In this document: in pieces, positions 14,541-28,785 of the stretch | Numbering within the stretch: position 1 is the first letter of the stretch | How the letters are laid out: every line of letters starts with the position of its first letter | Assembly (NCBI RefSeq): GCF_006345805.1 | Contig: NC_043013.1 | Span: 51,212,001 to 51,276,000, forward strand | Source of the DNA: Octopus sinensis | Taxonomy: Eukaryota | Reading direction: 5' to 3' | Length of the DNA stretch: 64,000 bases | Translations under genes and position numbers: made by a program | The notes under the pieces: generated by a model | The model's database searches: none | What the model was told of the DNA's origin: nothing | What the model saw: only the letters and a program-made list of their open reading frames with translations

Positions 14541-15465
14541 TCATATGAAAATATATTAGCTCAATAAAGCAACCACACTCTCTAATGTAACATATTGGTT
14601 GAAGGTTTTGAAATGTTAAAAGCTTACATAATTTAGTAATATTTTTCTTTGAGCCAAGAATTAGGTGTGCACATAACACTTCGCAGGGAACTCAATTCTA
14701 GTGAGAGAGAGAGAGAGAGAGAAACGAGGAAGTTGTCCTCAAGCTGGAACCCTAACATGAATATTTGTGACCGAGTGCGCCCCACTTAAGGCACACAAAG
14801 TGTGAAGAGCTGCTATTAAACCGGATGACAGATTAGGTCCACTCCGCACGCAGGCTATGGTAGGATTTGAACTCATAACTTATTGAACTGGAACAATTAA
14901 CTAACACCTCAAAGTAGCCTGCCGAACGCTCAAACCAATCACTGCCCAAAACAGGTACTTTATTTATCGATCACAGAAGGAGGAAAAGCTAAGCTGACCT
15001 TGTGTTCTTCGGAGTAGGAGTAATGGTAGGTAGTACTAGTAGTAGTAGGAGGAGGAAGAGAAATATTGGAGGCGGAGGAAGAGGACTATGTAGCCCTAGG
15101 TTTGTCCTGATCCAATACGCTTATCACTTATCTAAATCATTCCAGCCGTGACCCGCTCCACTTTATTTTTAAACTAGTTGGAGTATGTTATGATGGAGGT
15201 TGATCTGAGTCCATGAGGGCGTCTTTAGCCTAACTTGCTAGAAATAGCAGTCAAATGCCATTCATATCGTACCTCTTCTCTTAAAATAGAAAAGTAACAT
15301 TGTTCTAAATACTGTGGAGCGGAGGGGACGGTCACGGATGAGACTACTTGATTAAACATCTGGATTAAGTCTTTCCTGGGGCTAAACAAGAACAATGGAA
15401 CAACAATCGATACTGACATTGATTGCAGTTATGGTTGTTTTTATTAGTCATGTGGTTTTTAAACC

Positions 15466-15499
<34 letters not shown>

Positions 15500-15619
15500 A
15501 CACTACCAGCACGTCCACCACGACTACTTCTAACTTCACAACTACTACTACTACCACCACTAACTCCCACCACCACCATCACTACCACCATCACCAGCAC
15601 CGCAACAGCAACAACAGTG

Positions 15620-15805
15620 GAGGCACAATGGCCCAGTAGTTAGGGCAGCGGACTCGCAGTCGCAAGAACGCGGTTTCGATTCCCAGACCGGGTATTGTGA
15701 GTGTTTATTGAGCAAAAACACCTAAGGCCCGCGAGGCTGGTGATGAACCCCGCTGCACTCTTTCACCACAACATTCTCTCACTCTTTCTTCCTACTTCTG
15801 CCACA
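15620..15805 (+). mobile_element. SINE family B, 5' part
   Basis: GGAGGCACAATGGCCCAGTAGTTAGGGCAGCGGACTCGC. Confidence 0.85.
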
Positions 15806-16067
15806 AGGCAGAGGAACCATGGTGTAACCCACTTTCAGACCCTAGTCTAGATTGCGAATCCTCTGTACCCCAGGATGGTTCAGCTCTCCACCTGTTAAAA
15901 GCCACCGTTTACGGAATGAGGATAACAACGTAGCTTTCGCACCCGTGTAACCGCCGCTCTATCACGTGTGGTGGGTGGATCTTCAAGTTGCCACACGTAC
16001 TCTTAGTAGCTGAGGGTAGGCTCGAATTAGAGATTATTCTTTGTGGCTAATGGCGTGATTCCTGATC

Positions 16068-16810
16068 GGAAGAAGAAGAAGAAGAAAAAGAAGGAGAAGA
16101 TAAAGAAGAAGAAGAAGGTAAAGAAGAAGAAAAATAAGAAGGAGAAGATAAGGAAGAAGAAGAAGAAGGTAAAGAAGAAGAAGAAGAAGGTAAAGAAGAA
16201 GAAGGTAAAGAAGAAGGTAAAGAAGAAGAAGACAACTACAGCATCATGATAACATTTCCCCCACGACAATAGTTGCAACACCACAACCACCATAATGACA
16301 CCACCATCATCTCCGCCACCACGACAGCAGTAACACTCTCCTCCCCCTACTTCCACTACTATTCCCTCCTTGACACTTATCACCGCCGCTATTACTAACC
16401 CCACAACAACTATAACTACAACCAGCACTATCAACGCTACTAACACCACAACCACAATCGCCACCACCAAAACCACAACCGAAACAATTTAACTACCACC
16501 ACTACCATCACCACTATATAAGCTACCTCCACCAGCACCACCACCGCAACACGATTCTTACCACTGCCACCATCACTGCCACCACTACCTCAGCCACCAC
16601 CACCACCAACACTACTTCCGCCACCGTCGCCGCCATCTCCTCCTCCACCACAGCTGCCACCGTCGCCATCTCCACCACTACCCCGACCACGAAAACCACT
16701 TCCAACCACCACAATTATAACCATCACCCCGATAGTCACAAACAGCCTCACCACTACCACCGAGACCATCTCACCACCACAACAACAACAACAATAACAA
16801 CCGTGACCAC
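16068..16810. repeat. (GAA)n purine tract followed by (CCA/ACC)n low-complexity tract
   Basis: Direct reading. Confidence 0.9.
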
Positions 16811-18899
16811 ATCTGCCAAGTATTTCCAAAAATATGCCAACAAAGAAACTATGTGGTCATTTGTCGTGCTAGAAATAACAGCCGAATTTGTCTTATATCA
16901 CATGGACACATTTAGAACATGTTAAATAATTTAGTCTTGCATATACCATGTCTGAATTAAAGACGAGCTGGCCACATCTGGAGAGCTTTGGATCACGGCC
17001 AGCCTGAGGATAAACAAAAATTGCAACAGCAACATTAGTCTGCTTGACCTGGGGCTAAACACCCTGAACTAGAAGGGAGACCATAATTGGAAGAGCTTCG
17101 ATGAAATGTGTGCATTTATTTTGCCAGAAGGCACAAAGTGGACTGTTGTACCCCAGTATATGACAGGTATTTTGGCTAACCAGAAGGTTGCAGTGAATTG
17201 TTACTACTGAGAATATCTTTAGTCTTTATTCATAAAAGTTACAACGGGGGTAATAAAGAATACTGTTGAACCGACGGGATTTGAAACCGCAATGGAGAGA
17301 TACGATTAGTCCTGGCCACTGTCACTGCAGCTGCTTGCTGTTGCTATGGTAATATCTACTCTGGTTGGTAATAATAACATCTCTGTTTGTTGGTAGTTTT
17401 ACTGCTACGACTGCATCACTTGCAAAATCGTGTTGCAACTGTAGTTGCCAATAACATTACACAGAGACTCTAGCATCGATAACTCTTGCTGCACACTGTG
17501 CATTGCAACGGCTGCATCAATCACTATCACTCGGTTACTATGGTTAATGCACTAAGAGAAGAACGACGTTGCAAGTCCTTGCTGAATGTGCAGTATAATT
17601 ATTGCAGACTCCGCATAACACCTGCTACTAAAACACAGCTACCGTACATAGATGCAGCTCGTTCAATTTGTTGTCATGCCAACATCTACTTATGAATGTT
17701 TCATTTCAAAATTGTAATGGCTGACATAGTTGCAGTTGCTAATGGTGCAACAGAGCCGACTGTTTCTCATTTCATCTTATTGCAGCTTTCGTCTTCTGTA
17801 CCTTGCATTTGTTCAGTCTGCATATTTCTGTTATCAACAATTTTTTTTTTTTGACATCAGCAGACTGCATTTGATATAGTCTACTGATTTAAACTGTAGA
17901 ATATACGGTTGCATCTATCGCTTTACAACAGTTTTCCATCTTTACTGCACAGTTCGCATCTTTGAAAGAGTTTCACAAGAACATGGTTGTTGTTACTGGC
18001 AATTTTGTTATTGTTATTCTTCTTCTTCTTCTTGTTGCTGCTCTCCTTTGCCCTTACTCAGCGAATACTCAATCAGCCCACCCTGCATGATAACCAGGTT
18101 TATCCAAGCAAATGTGTCTTGCAGATATACTTAAAAAAATATATATCAAACTTGGTGGTTGGTGCACAGTTTAACATTTTTAAGCAAAAACCTAAAAGTC
18201 TATTATTAAATTACCAATATGTCAGCAGTGTTCTCTTTCGTAGCCATGCTGTATCATGGAATATGGTGTCGGTAGTCGATCTTTCGATCAACCCAAGGGA
18301 GCTCTAATTCCATTGCTGATTCTAACCGTCGATTACAACTTCTGACATAAGTCTTACGCTTTGAAGTTTGTTTGTTTGGTATTTTTCGACAGCAGGAGGT
18401 CAGGTTTGAGAATTGGATGCAATACTGCAAAGCAATATCTAACAGTTCTGCTTATTCACTGAACTGGTGCATCCATACATACATAAATGCAGACATACAT
18501 ACAAATAAATATACACAAATGCATGCATACATGTATAAAAACAAACATACATACATGTATACAAAACAGTACATATATGCATACATGCATGCACGTATGA
18601 TAGATGTCGACCCGTTAAACGTGTATGACCATGGCTGACTAAATAAAATGTACACACACACAAACACACGCATATAGTTATACTTAGTCAGAGATTGCAT
18701 AAAGGTACAGAGCTTTCAGCCGGAATTTGAGAGGCACGGGCTACTCTTTCTCGTTTTCTAGGGTTTCTACCCGATTTTCTAAATTGTTTTTACAGCTATT
18801 CTGCATTCGAGTTTCCTTTATTTTCTGTAAAGTAACTAGCTCAGCGCTTCTACGTTTGTTTATAAAGGATTTTCTTTATATATATATATAAAACGTTGC

Positions 18900-18985
18900 C
18901 CTTTTCAAGGAGCTTTTAGGTGTTTTCGCTCAATAAACACATAAAACGTCCGGTCTGGGAATCGAAACAGCGATCCTCCGACCGA
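18900..18985 (-). mobile_element. SINE family B head fragment
   Basis: GGTCTGGGAATCGAAAC..CGATCC. Confidence 0.7.
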
Positions 18986-19442
18986 GTCTCTCTCTCTCTC
19001 TCGCTTTACACACACACACACGTATATATATATTGGTAACGTTTAGTGGTATATCAAAGGATATACCACTACAGATGCAATTCACCGTCTTCTTATAGAA
19101 TATAAGTAGAGATGCTTGTGGGCAAAACTATGTTACCATACTTCTGTGTCTACAATTGGTCGATGGCCAGAGGACAAGAGCTGCCGTGTTTCAATATGTG
19201 TTGGTTATGAGATCAAATTGTTCCCTTCCCAGCCACATGATCCTGGGTTCTGCACCACTCTGTGGTGGTACGTTAGACAATTATTTTCTGTTGTCGCCCT
19301 GGACTGCCTGAAGACTTATAAATGTTCTTACACCCTTGTCATGTTTAGTGAAAATTAAAGTTTTCCTTTTGGCAACACATTGCATACGGCTGCCTCTCTC
19401 TCTCTCTCTCTCTCTTTATTTATATATATATATATATATATT

Positions 19443-19481
<39 letters not shown>

Positions 19482-19482
<1 letters not shown>

Positions 19483-19862
19483 TCTTTTACTCGTTTCAGT
19501 CATTTGACTGCGGCGATGCTGGAGCACCGCCTTTAGTCAAGCAAATCAACCCCGGGACTTATTCTTTGTAAGCCCAGTACTTATTCTATCGGTCTCTTTT
19601 GCCGAACCGCTAAGTGACGGGGACATAAACACACCAGCATCGGTTGTCAAGCAATACTAGGGGGACAAGCACAGACACACGAACACATATATACATTAAT
19701 ACGACGGGCTTCTTTCATTTTCCGTCTACCAAATCCACTCACAAGGCTTTGGTGGGCCGAGGCTATAGTAGAAGACACTTGCCCAAGGTGCCAAGCAGTG
19801 GGACTGAACCCGGAACCATGTGGTTGTTAATCAAGCTACTTACCACACAGCCACTCCTGCGC
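19482..19862 (-). mobile_element. SINE family A, full length
   Basis: High similarity to other A copies. Confidence 0.9.
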
Positions 19863-19889
19863 CTACGTATATATATTCTTTTATTTTTA

Positions 19890-20085
19890 TTTGTTTCAGC
19901 TATTTGACTGCGGCCATGATGCTGTAGCCCCTACGTTAGTCGAATAAACCGATCCCAGAGTTTATTCTTTGTAAGCCTAGTACTTATTTATTCGCTCTCT
20001 TTTGCCGAATCGCTAAGTTACGGGGACGTAAATACAGCAAGATCGGTTGTCAAGTGATGTTGGGGGGACAAACACAGACACACAT

Positions 20086-20100
<15 letters not shown>
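19890..20100 (-). mobile_element. SINE family A tail
   Basis: Tail up to the internal microsatellite. Confidence 0.8.
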
Positions 20101-20157
<57 letters not shown>

Positions 20158-20183
20158 GACGTATATATATATATATTATTGAA

Positions 20184-20258
20184 CCATAATTGTTCAATAA
20201 TATTGAGATCTGGGAACTGTGGTGGCCAGATATGTTCAACTTCACAAAAATGTTCTTC
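20184..20258 (-). pseudogene. Tc1-type transposase scrap
   Basis: EEHFCEVEHIWPPQFPDLNIIEQLW matches the Tc1 WPxQSPDLNPIExLW motif around the catalytic E. Confidence 0.7.
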
Positions 20259-20365
20259 GTACACGTGCTTGTGGAGTGCTCAGCCACGTGCACGTTAATT
20301 TCACGTGCAGGTTCTTCGGTTTATCGGATTAACTGGAACACTCGTCGTCGTCACCGACGGAGTGC
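20259..20365 (+). mobile_element. SINE family B tail
   Basis: GTGGAGTGCTCAGCCAC..GCACGTTAATTTCACG...CTCGTCGTCG. Confidence 0.8.
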
Positions 20366-20497
20366 CAATTACACTGTATATCTGGTGAACTAATCCGCAG
20401 CATGTTTAACAAGTGTATTTCAAACCTGCCTGTGCACATCAGAAGGACGTAACTTGCTGTCCACCGTTTATTTGTACATTTAACAATTACATTTAAC

Positions 20498-20893
20498 GGA
20501 GTGGCTGTGTGGTAAGTAGCTTGCTTACCAACCACATGGTTCCGGGTTCAGTCCCACTGCGTGGCACATTGGGCAAGTGTCTTCTACTATAGCCTCGGGC
20601 CGACCAAAGCCTTGTGAGTGGATTTGGTAGACGGAAACTGAAAGAAGCCCGTCGTATATATGTATATATATATATATATTTATGTGTGTGTGTTTGTGTC
20701 TGTTTGTCTCCCCAACATCACTTTACAACCGATGCTGGTGTGTTTACGTCCACGTAAGCTAGTGGTTCGGCAAAAAAAACCGATAGAATAAGTACTAGGC
20801 TTACAAAAGAATAAGTCCTGGGATCGATTTGCTCGACTAAAGGCGGTACTCCAGCGTGGCCGCAGTCATATGACTGAAACAAGTAAAAGAGTA
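20498..20893 (+). mobile_element. SINE family A, full length
   Basis: High similarity to other A copies. Confidence 0.9.
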
Positions 20894-21769
20894 TGTGTAT
20901 GTGTGTGACCGGTGAATTAGAAATCTTATTCCTTACTCTGCGATTTTTGTATTAAGATAAACGAGACAGGCTGCGCATTTAGCATGTGCCAGCATGCATC
21001 ACAGGAACAAGCGTTCGCTGTCTTAATTCTATCTGGAAGATTCTGTTCACATCAGTGGAGTTAGTCTCCCTTGTTCACTACTTTAAAACTGTATATTTAA
21101 CAAGTGTATCTCAGTGAACAATTTTAACAAACAACCACTTATGTACACACATAGAGAACGAGAGAGCAAGAGTTGGGGATGCGGAAGGTGCGCGCACCTA
21201 CTATTTTCCGACAATAAAATTGTTGAAAAAAAAAAGCAAAAACAAAACCATTTCTATACAATCTTAAGTAATAGTACTAAAGATTGTTAAGTGTCTAAAG
21301 CAAGTTTCTCTGTTAATATGTTGTTGTTATTCTAACTGTGACTGCTACTTCTGTTGTTTATTTTATGCTTACAGCTGTTATTTTGTTGCAGTTCTTTCAT
21401 TTTAGTGATAATACAAAGTATATATTATTTAGAGATGCTCCTGAAGTTGTCGATGCTGTAATTGTTATTGTGGCTGATGTTGCTACTATTGTCGTGATTG
21501 TTATTATGGTTGTAATACTCTTATAACATTTTGCGTTCGTTGCTGTAGAAATGTGTGTGTGTTTTTTTTCTTTAAGTACTAACCAGCAGTTTTGTTATTT
21601 CTTATCGCATCAATGTGTATATAGTTATGTGTAGAAGTTTGTATATATCGGTATTTATTATCTTTGCAGTCAATATTTATACCCGCTTTATGCGTTTATC
21701 ACCGTATTTGTGCGAGTATGTATGTTTGTGTGTAGAGCTACATACAATATATGTGTGTATGTGTGTATG

Positions 21770-22148
21770 TGGAGGCGCAATGGCCCAGTGGTTAGGGCAG
21801 CGGACTCGCGGTCTTAGGATCGCGGTTTCGATTCCCAGACCGGGCGTTGTGAGTGTTTATTGAACGAAAACACCTAAAGCTCCACGAGGCTCCGGCAGGG
21901 ATGGTGGTGATCCCTGCTGTACTCTTTCACCACAACTTTCTCTCACTCTTACTTCCTGTTTCTGTTGTACCTGTATTTCAAAGGGCCGGCGTTGTCACTC
22001 TCTGTGTCACGCTGAATATCCCTGAGAACTACGTTAAGGGTACACGTGTCTGTGGAGTGCTTAGCCACTTACACGTTAATTTCACGAGCAGGCTGTTCCG
22101 TTGATTCGGATCAACCGGAACCCTCGTCGTCGTAACCGACGGAGTGCT
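21770..22148 (+). mobile_element. SINE family B, full length
   Basis: A-box 21781-21791, B-box-like 21825-21835; full body and tail. Confidence 0.9.
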
Positions 22149-22389
22149 TCCTTCCTTCCTATATGTGTGTATATATATTTATATCTATCTATATATATAT
22201 GTACATATATCTCTCTCTCTATATATGTATGTATATATACATATATATAGATATACAAATGCACACACACATATATATATGTTTTTATTTGTATGTTTTT
22301 TTTGTGTTTCATAAACATTTAAATATGAATGATGTGTGTATATGTATATATATATGTATATATATATATATATATATATGCATGCATAC

Positions 22390-22430
<41 letters not shown>

Positions 22431-22605
22431 TGCATACGTGTATATATATATATATATATATATATGACATATATACACATACATAGATACACGTATTTGA
22501 GGATGCATATATATGTGTGTGTGTGTGTATATATATGTGTTGTACATATTTATACAGATACACAAACACGCACAGATACTCAAAGACCCACAGACAGACA
22601 GACAG

Positions 22606-22642
<37 letters not shown>

Positions 22643-23099
22643 GCATAACTGTAAGTGAAATGCGTGCACGTAGCAGAAATCCAATTGAAGCTTGTTCTAC
22701 ATCAGGTTGTTTTGTTATTCAAAGTCTGCAGAAATGTCTGTTAAGATATTTGTCTTAATTTGACATGCGTTGGAGGCAGGCAGTGTGGTCTGCTTCCAGA
22801 ACAGGTAAAACTCCTCTGTTTCAATGGAAAGAGGCGCCAATCTCGCATCATATTCATCTGAACGTATCAAAAAATCCCATTTGCAAATATATCTCTCCTA
22901 ATTTATCTCTTTACTAATACTACTGCTACTACTACTACTACTACTACTACTACCAACAAAAACACCACCAACAAAAACAGCACCACTACCTCCCCCACCG
23001 ATACTACTATTGCGACTACTACTACCACCCCCACCACTACTAATATTACTACTACCAGTGTCACCACCACTATTACTACTACTACTACTACTACTACTA

Positions 23100-24045
<946 letters not shown>

Positions 24046-24290
24046 TATGTATGTATGTATATACATGTGTGTGTGTGTGTATATACCAAAGTAGGCACAT
24101 AAACAAGGTGGGATTATATAGTGCTCGAATACCAGACGTAAAGTAATATATGTTTTATTGTCATTAAAACTAAGGAAACATCAAAAAAATATTCTTAAAC
24201 TGTCCATCGAACGGGAAAGTGATTTTCTTGAGTTGCAGTTTTTTCAGACATTTTTATATTTTTGCAGCTTTAATAATAATGAAGTGCATG

Positions 24291-24965
24291 TATATATATG
24301 TGTGTGTGTATATATGTATATATGTATACATATGTATATATATATATGTATATATATGTATATATATATATATATGCATATATATATGTATACATATGTA
24401 TATATATATATATATGCATATATATATGTATACATATGTATATATATATATATATGCATATATATATGTATACATATGTATATATATATATATATATATA
24501 TGCATATATATATGTATACATATGTATATATATATATGCATATATATATGTATACATATGTATATATATATGCATATATATATGTATACATATGTATATA
24601 TATATATGCATATATATGTATACATATGTATATATATATATGCATATATATGTATACATATGTATATATATATATGCATATATATATATGTATGTATACA
24701 TATATATGTGTATATATATATATGTATACATATGTATATATATATATGCATATATATATGTATACATATGTATATATATATATATATGCATATATATATG
24801 TATACATATGTATATATATATGTATATATGTATATATATGTATGTATCTACATATATATGTGTATATATATATATATGTGCATATATATATGTGTATATA
24901 TATATATGTGTGTGTATACATATATATATATATATGTGTGTGTATATATATGCGTGTGTATATAT
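24291..24965. repeat. Higher-order (TA)-based minisatellite, unit about 28-36 bp
   Basis: Repeating (TA)nTGCA(TA)nTGTATACATATG. Confidence 0.9.
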
Positions 24966-25004
24966 GAGAGAGAGAGAGAGAGAAGTCAGGAGAGGGAACT
25001 GGTA

Positions 25005-25270
25005 TTCTGACTGTTACGACGACGAGAATTCCTGTTGGTCCGATGATTCCACAGTCCCTTAACGTGCCCTCGACGTAGTACAATTGGAGATTCAGCCTAA
25101 CTCACTGAATATGACAAGGTGGGACCTTTTAATTAGAAGTATAGCTCATTTTTACCAGCTGGATGGATTGGAGCAACGTGAAATAAATTTCCTTTTCTGA
25201 AGGATATAATGCACTATTAGGAATTGAATTCACGATCTTCTGGTGATGAGCTGAATAAGAGACGCCATAC
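25005..25270 (-). mobile_element. Old SINE with D-like body and B-like tail
   Basis: Minus TTTATTTCACGTTGCTCCA..CAGCTGG (D-like), then GCTGAATCTCC...CGTCGTCGTAAC (B tail). Confidence 0.5.
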
Positions 25271-25299
25271 TCCAGGTGCCTTCAAATATTTATGTATGC

Positions 25300-25850
25300 A
25301 TATATACTTATATCTATCTATATTTATCTATTTTTATTTATCTATCTATCTCTCTCTATATATATATATCTTTATTTATCTATCTATCTCTCTCTCTATA
25401 TATATATATATTTATCTATCTATCTCTATTTATCTATCTCTCTCTATATATATATCTATATTTATCTATATATCTATCTCTATATATATAATCTATATCT
25501 ATCTATATATCTATATATCTATATTTATCTTTCTATCTATATATATCTATCTATATATATATATATATATATCTATATTTATCTTTCTATCTATATATAT
25601 CTATATATATATCTATATTTATCTATCTATCTATATATATCTATATATATCTATATATATATCTATATCTATATCTATATATATATATCTATATCTATAT
25701 CTATATATATATATCTCTATATATATATATATATATTTATCTATCTAGCTATATGTATCTATCTATCTATATGTATCTATCTATATTTATCTATCTATCA
25801 ATCTATCTATCCATCCATCCATCTATCTATCTATATCTATCTTTCTATAT
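25300..25850. repeat. (TA)n/(TATC)n compound microsatellite
   Basis: Direct reading. Confidence 0.9.
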
Positions 25851-26604
25851 ATCTGTGTGTGTTTGTTGTCTGTGCGTATATTTATGTATATTATAAGCTA
25901 AAAGAATCATTTTAACTTCACTTGCTCATCATGCGTTTGCTTTACTAAAATGTTTTAATTATGATTTTTCAAAGGAGAATATAAAAAAAAAAAAATAGTG
26001 CAAAACTAACAACCGCAGAAAACAGAACTAAATATACCAACAAAATCCCCAATCTGAAACAGATGACAGGAAACAAGTTATTTCACTCATAAAAACGAAA
26101 AATTAGATTAAATTAAACGAAGAACCAGATAAATCATAATTTTATATTTCTTCCAGTCAAAAACTAAGGGATATATGAGAAGTTTCTAACCTATTGAACA
26201 GAGAATTTATATAACTAATACATTTATCAATAATGTAATTTTAACCGTTGCCATACCAACTGATAGTTATACCCTTGATGCGCAACTTCTCAAGAGACTT
26301 CAGCACCTTAAATGTAAGGAAATGTAAGGTTTGCCTACGCAGGAAAGTAGATTTAAAAAACACTGAGAAGGCGGGGATGAAGCGTTTAAAATTGTGATCA
26401 GACAAACAGATATAAAATATATAACATTGATACGAATTAAACTGGTGTTTGATTTAAACAGCTGTATGTAAGAAAGTTGCTGGTTGTTTACCTTAGTGCA
26501 AACTTTGTTTATTTTATTGGTATCTGGGAGGAGTTTACATGCGCAGTGTGACTCACATAAACAGGCCTGACACAGCTGGACATTGCTCCTGATCATTAAT
26601 CAAA

Positions 26605-26618
26605 CTATACACACACAC

Positions 26619-26653
<35 letters not shown>

Positions 26654-26686
26654 TCACACACATATATATATATAATTATACATATA

Positions 26687-26739
<53 letters not shown>

Positions 26740-27140
26740 ACGAATATATGTATTTATATATATGTATATATGTGTGTGTATATATATATGTACGTATATA
26801 TATATATATCTATATACACATATATGTATATACATATATATATATTTGTGTGTATACACATTTATATATGTATAGATATTTATATATGTATACATATATA
26901 TTTATATATATGTATACATATATGTATGTATGTATGTATATGTACGTATATACATATATATACATGCACACACACACACATATATATATATACGTATATA
27001 CATATACATATATATATACGTATATACACATATATACATATATGTACGTATATATATACATATATGTACGTATATATATACATACACACACATATATATA
27101 CATATATACATATATGTGAGTGTGTGCGTGTGCGCGCAAA
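26605..27140. repeat. (TA)n/(TG)n/(TATG)n compound microsatellite
   Basis: Direct reading. Confidence 0.9.
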
Positions 27141-28061
27141 GCGACATATGTTTTTATTTAATTATGTTATTTGCGTTAATTATAATAAATATATCTTGTT
27201 CTGGTTATTTTCCCCCCTACCCCCTGATCTCTTGTGTTGAATACTGTTCCGGAAGTTCAACCCCTGCTGATTACGATGGTTGCACGATATTTCGCTGGTT
27301 ACAATAGCGAGCGGCGGGAGTCGGTATAGCCATTGCGTTCAATAAGTCTGAGAAAATAATACTTGAGTTGAATAAAAAGAAAAAAAACCACGGTCTAGAA
27401 AGAGTTTTCCCACCACAGGCAATAAGCAGTTGCACTTTTGCAGCAGTTTGCTATGACCTGCATTATACTGCACCTACACAGCGCTATACTATAGACTGCA
27501 ATCTGATGCACATATACAGCTTTTTGCTGCAAACAGAAATGTGCTGCACCTATAAAATTCTACATTGTTGATAACAGTGTGTTGCAGGTTTCCAACTTTA
27601 CGTAAAAAGAGGTGCAACAGCTCAGATACTCGAAACTGATACCAGTTCAATAAGTTGTCATGGGGCTTTCATATTAACAAATGCACGTATTTATATTTGA
27701 TTGTATATAAGAACATTTTCGTTAAAAAAAAAAGAATACCTCGAAAATATCACTCCATGTTGTATATGAAAAGCTGGCATATATTACATGAAGTGTGGAG
27801 GGGGTACCGTTGCGCAGTAAAGGCAGTCGAAGTCGGTGTGCGTGCATTCGTCACAGTGTTTGTGTTTGTGAAGAACGCGGTCAGCTTGGAATGAAGGCTC
27901 GCAAAATTCCGGCAAGGGGCGTGCTAGAAGACTCCGTGCCGACACGACCATCATGTCCATGCGGGTGGCTACGACGAGCGCGATTACGAGCGCACAACAC
28001 GTGGACCCACACACATTCGAGCTCGATAACGAGCTTCCAGACGCCGCCGGACGCCTGATAC

Positions 28062-28572
28062 TTATTCTGCAAGTTTCTTTTGTCGAACCACTAAGTTATG
28101 GAGATGTAAACATACTAAGATCGGTTGTCATGCGATGGTGGAGGGACAAACACAGACACAAACACAAAAAAAAAAAAAAATATATATATATATACACACA
28201 TATATATATTCGACAGACTTCTTTCAGTTTCCGTCTGCGAGATCTCACAAGACTTTGGTCGGCCCGAAGCTATAGCAGATGAGGCTGTGTGGTAAGAAGC
28301 TTGTTTCTCAACCACATGATTCCGGGTTCAGACCTACTGCGTGGCACCTCGGGCAAGTGTCTTCTACTATAGCCTCGTGCTGACGGAAGCCTTGAGAGTA
28401 GATTTGGTGTGTGTGTGTGTATGTATATATACATACACACACATATATATATATATATGCATACATTAATACACACACACACACACACACCAAATCTACT
28501 CTCAAGGCTTCGGTCAGCACGAGGCTATAGTAGAAGACACTTGCCCAAGTTAACAATCTCTATATAAAATTG

Positions 28573-28617
<45 letters not shown>

Positions 28618-28785
28618 CACACACACAACGAACTTTCAGTTTCCGTCTACCAAATCTAATCACGAGTCTTTGGTTGGCCTGAGGCTATAGAAGAGAGTTT
28701 CCCGAAGTTCCACGACACAGAGGGACTGAACCCGGACCTACGTGGGACGCAAAAAACTTACCCCACAGCCAACCCAGCGCCTATA
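28062..28785. mobile_element. Cluster of family A fragments (28062-28280 -, 28282-28407 +, 28490-28548 -, 28625-28785 -)
   Basis: Matches to family A on both strands. Confidence 0.8.

Noticed and set aside
15810-16030. Possible LINE 5' UTR with an HDV-like ribozyme
   Set aside because: Could not build the nested double pseudoknot by eye; would need an RNArobo or Infernal search
16027-16476. Poly-Lys, poly-Phe and poly-Ser ORFs
   Set aside because: Artefacts of the (GAA)n tract
17300-17950. TGCA/GCAG-rich stretch suggesting CpG decay of an old element
   Set aside because: No family or boundaries identifiable; may be degenerate (TGC)n low complexity
21770-21845. tRNA-like sequences here and at 3045, 14470 and 32515
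   Set aside because: Acceptor and anticodon stems do not pair and the sequences run into SINE bodies; these are SINE heads
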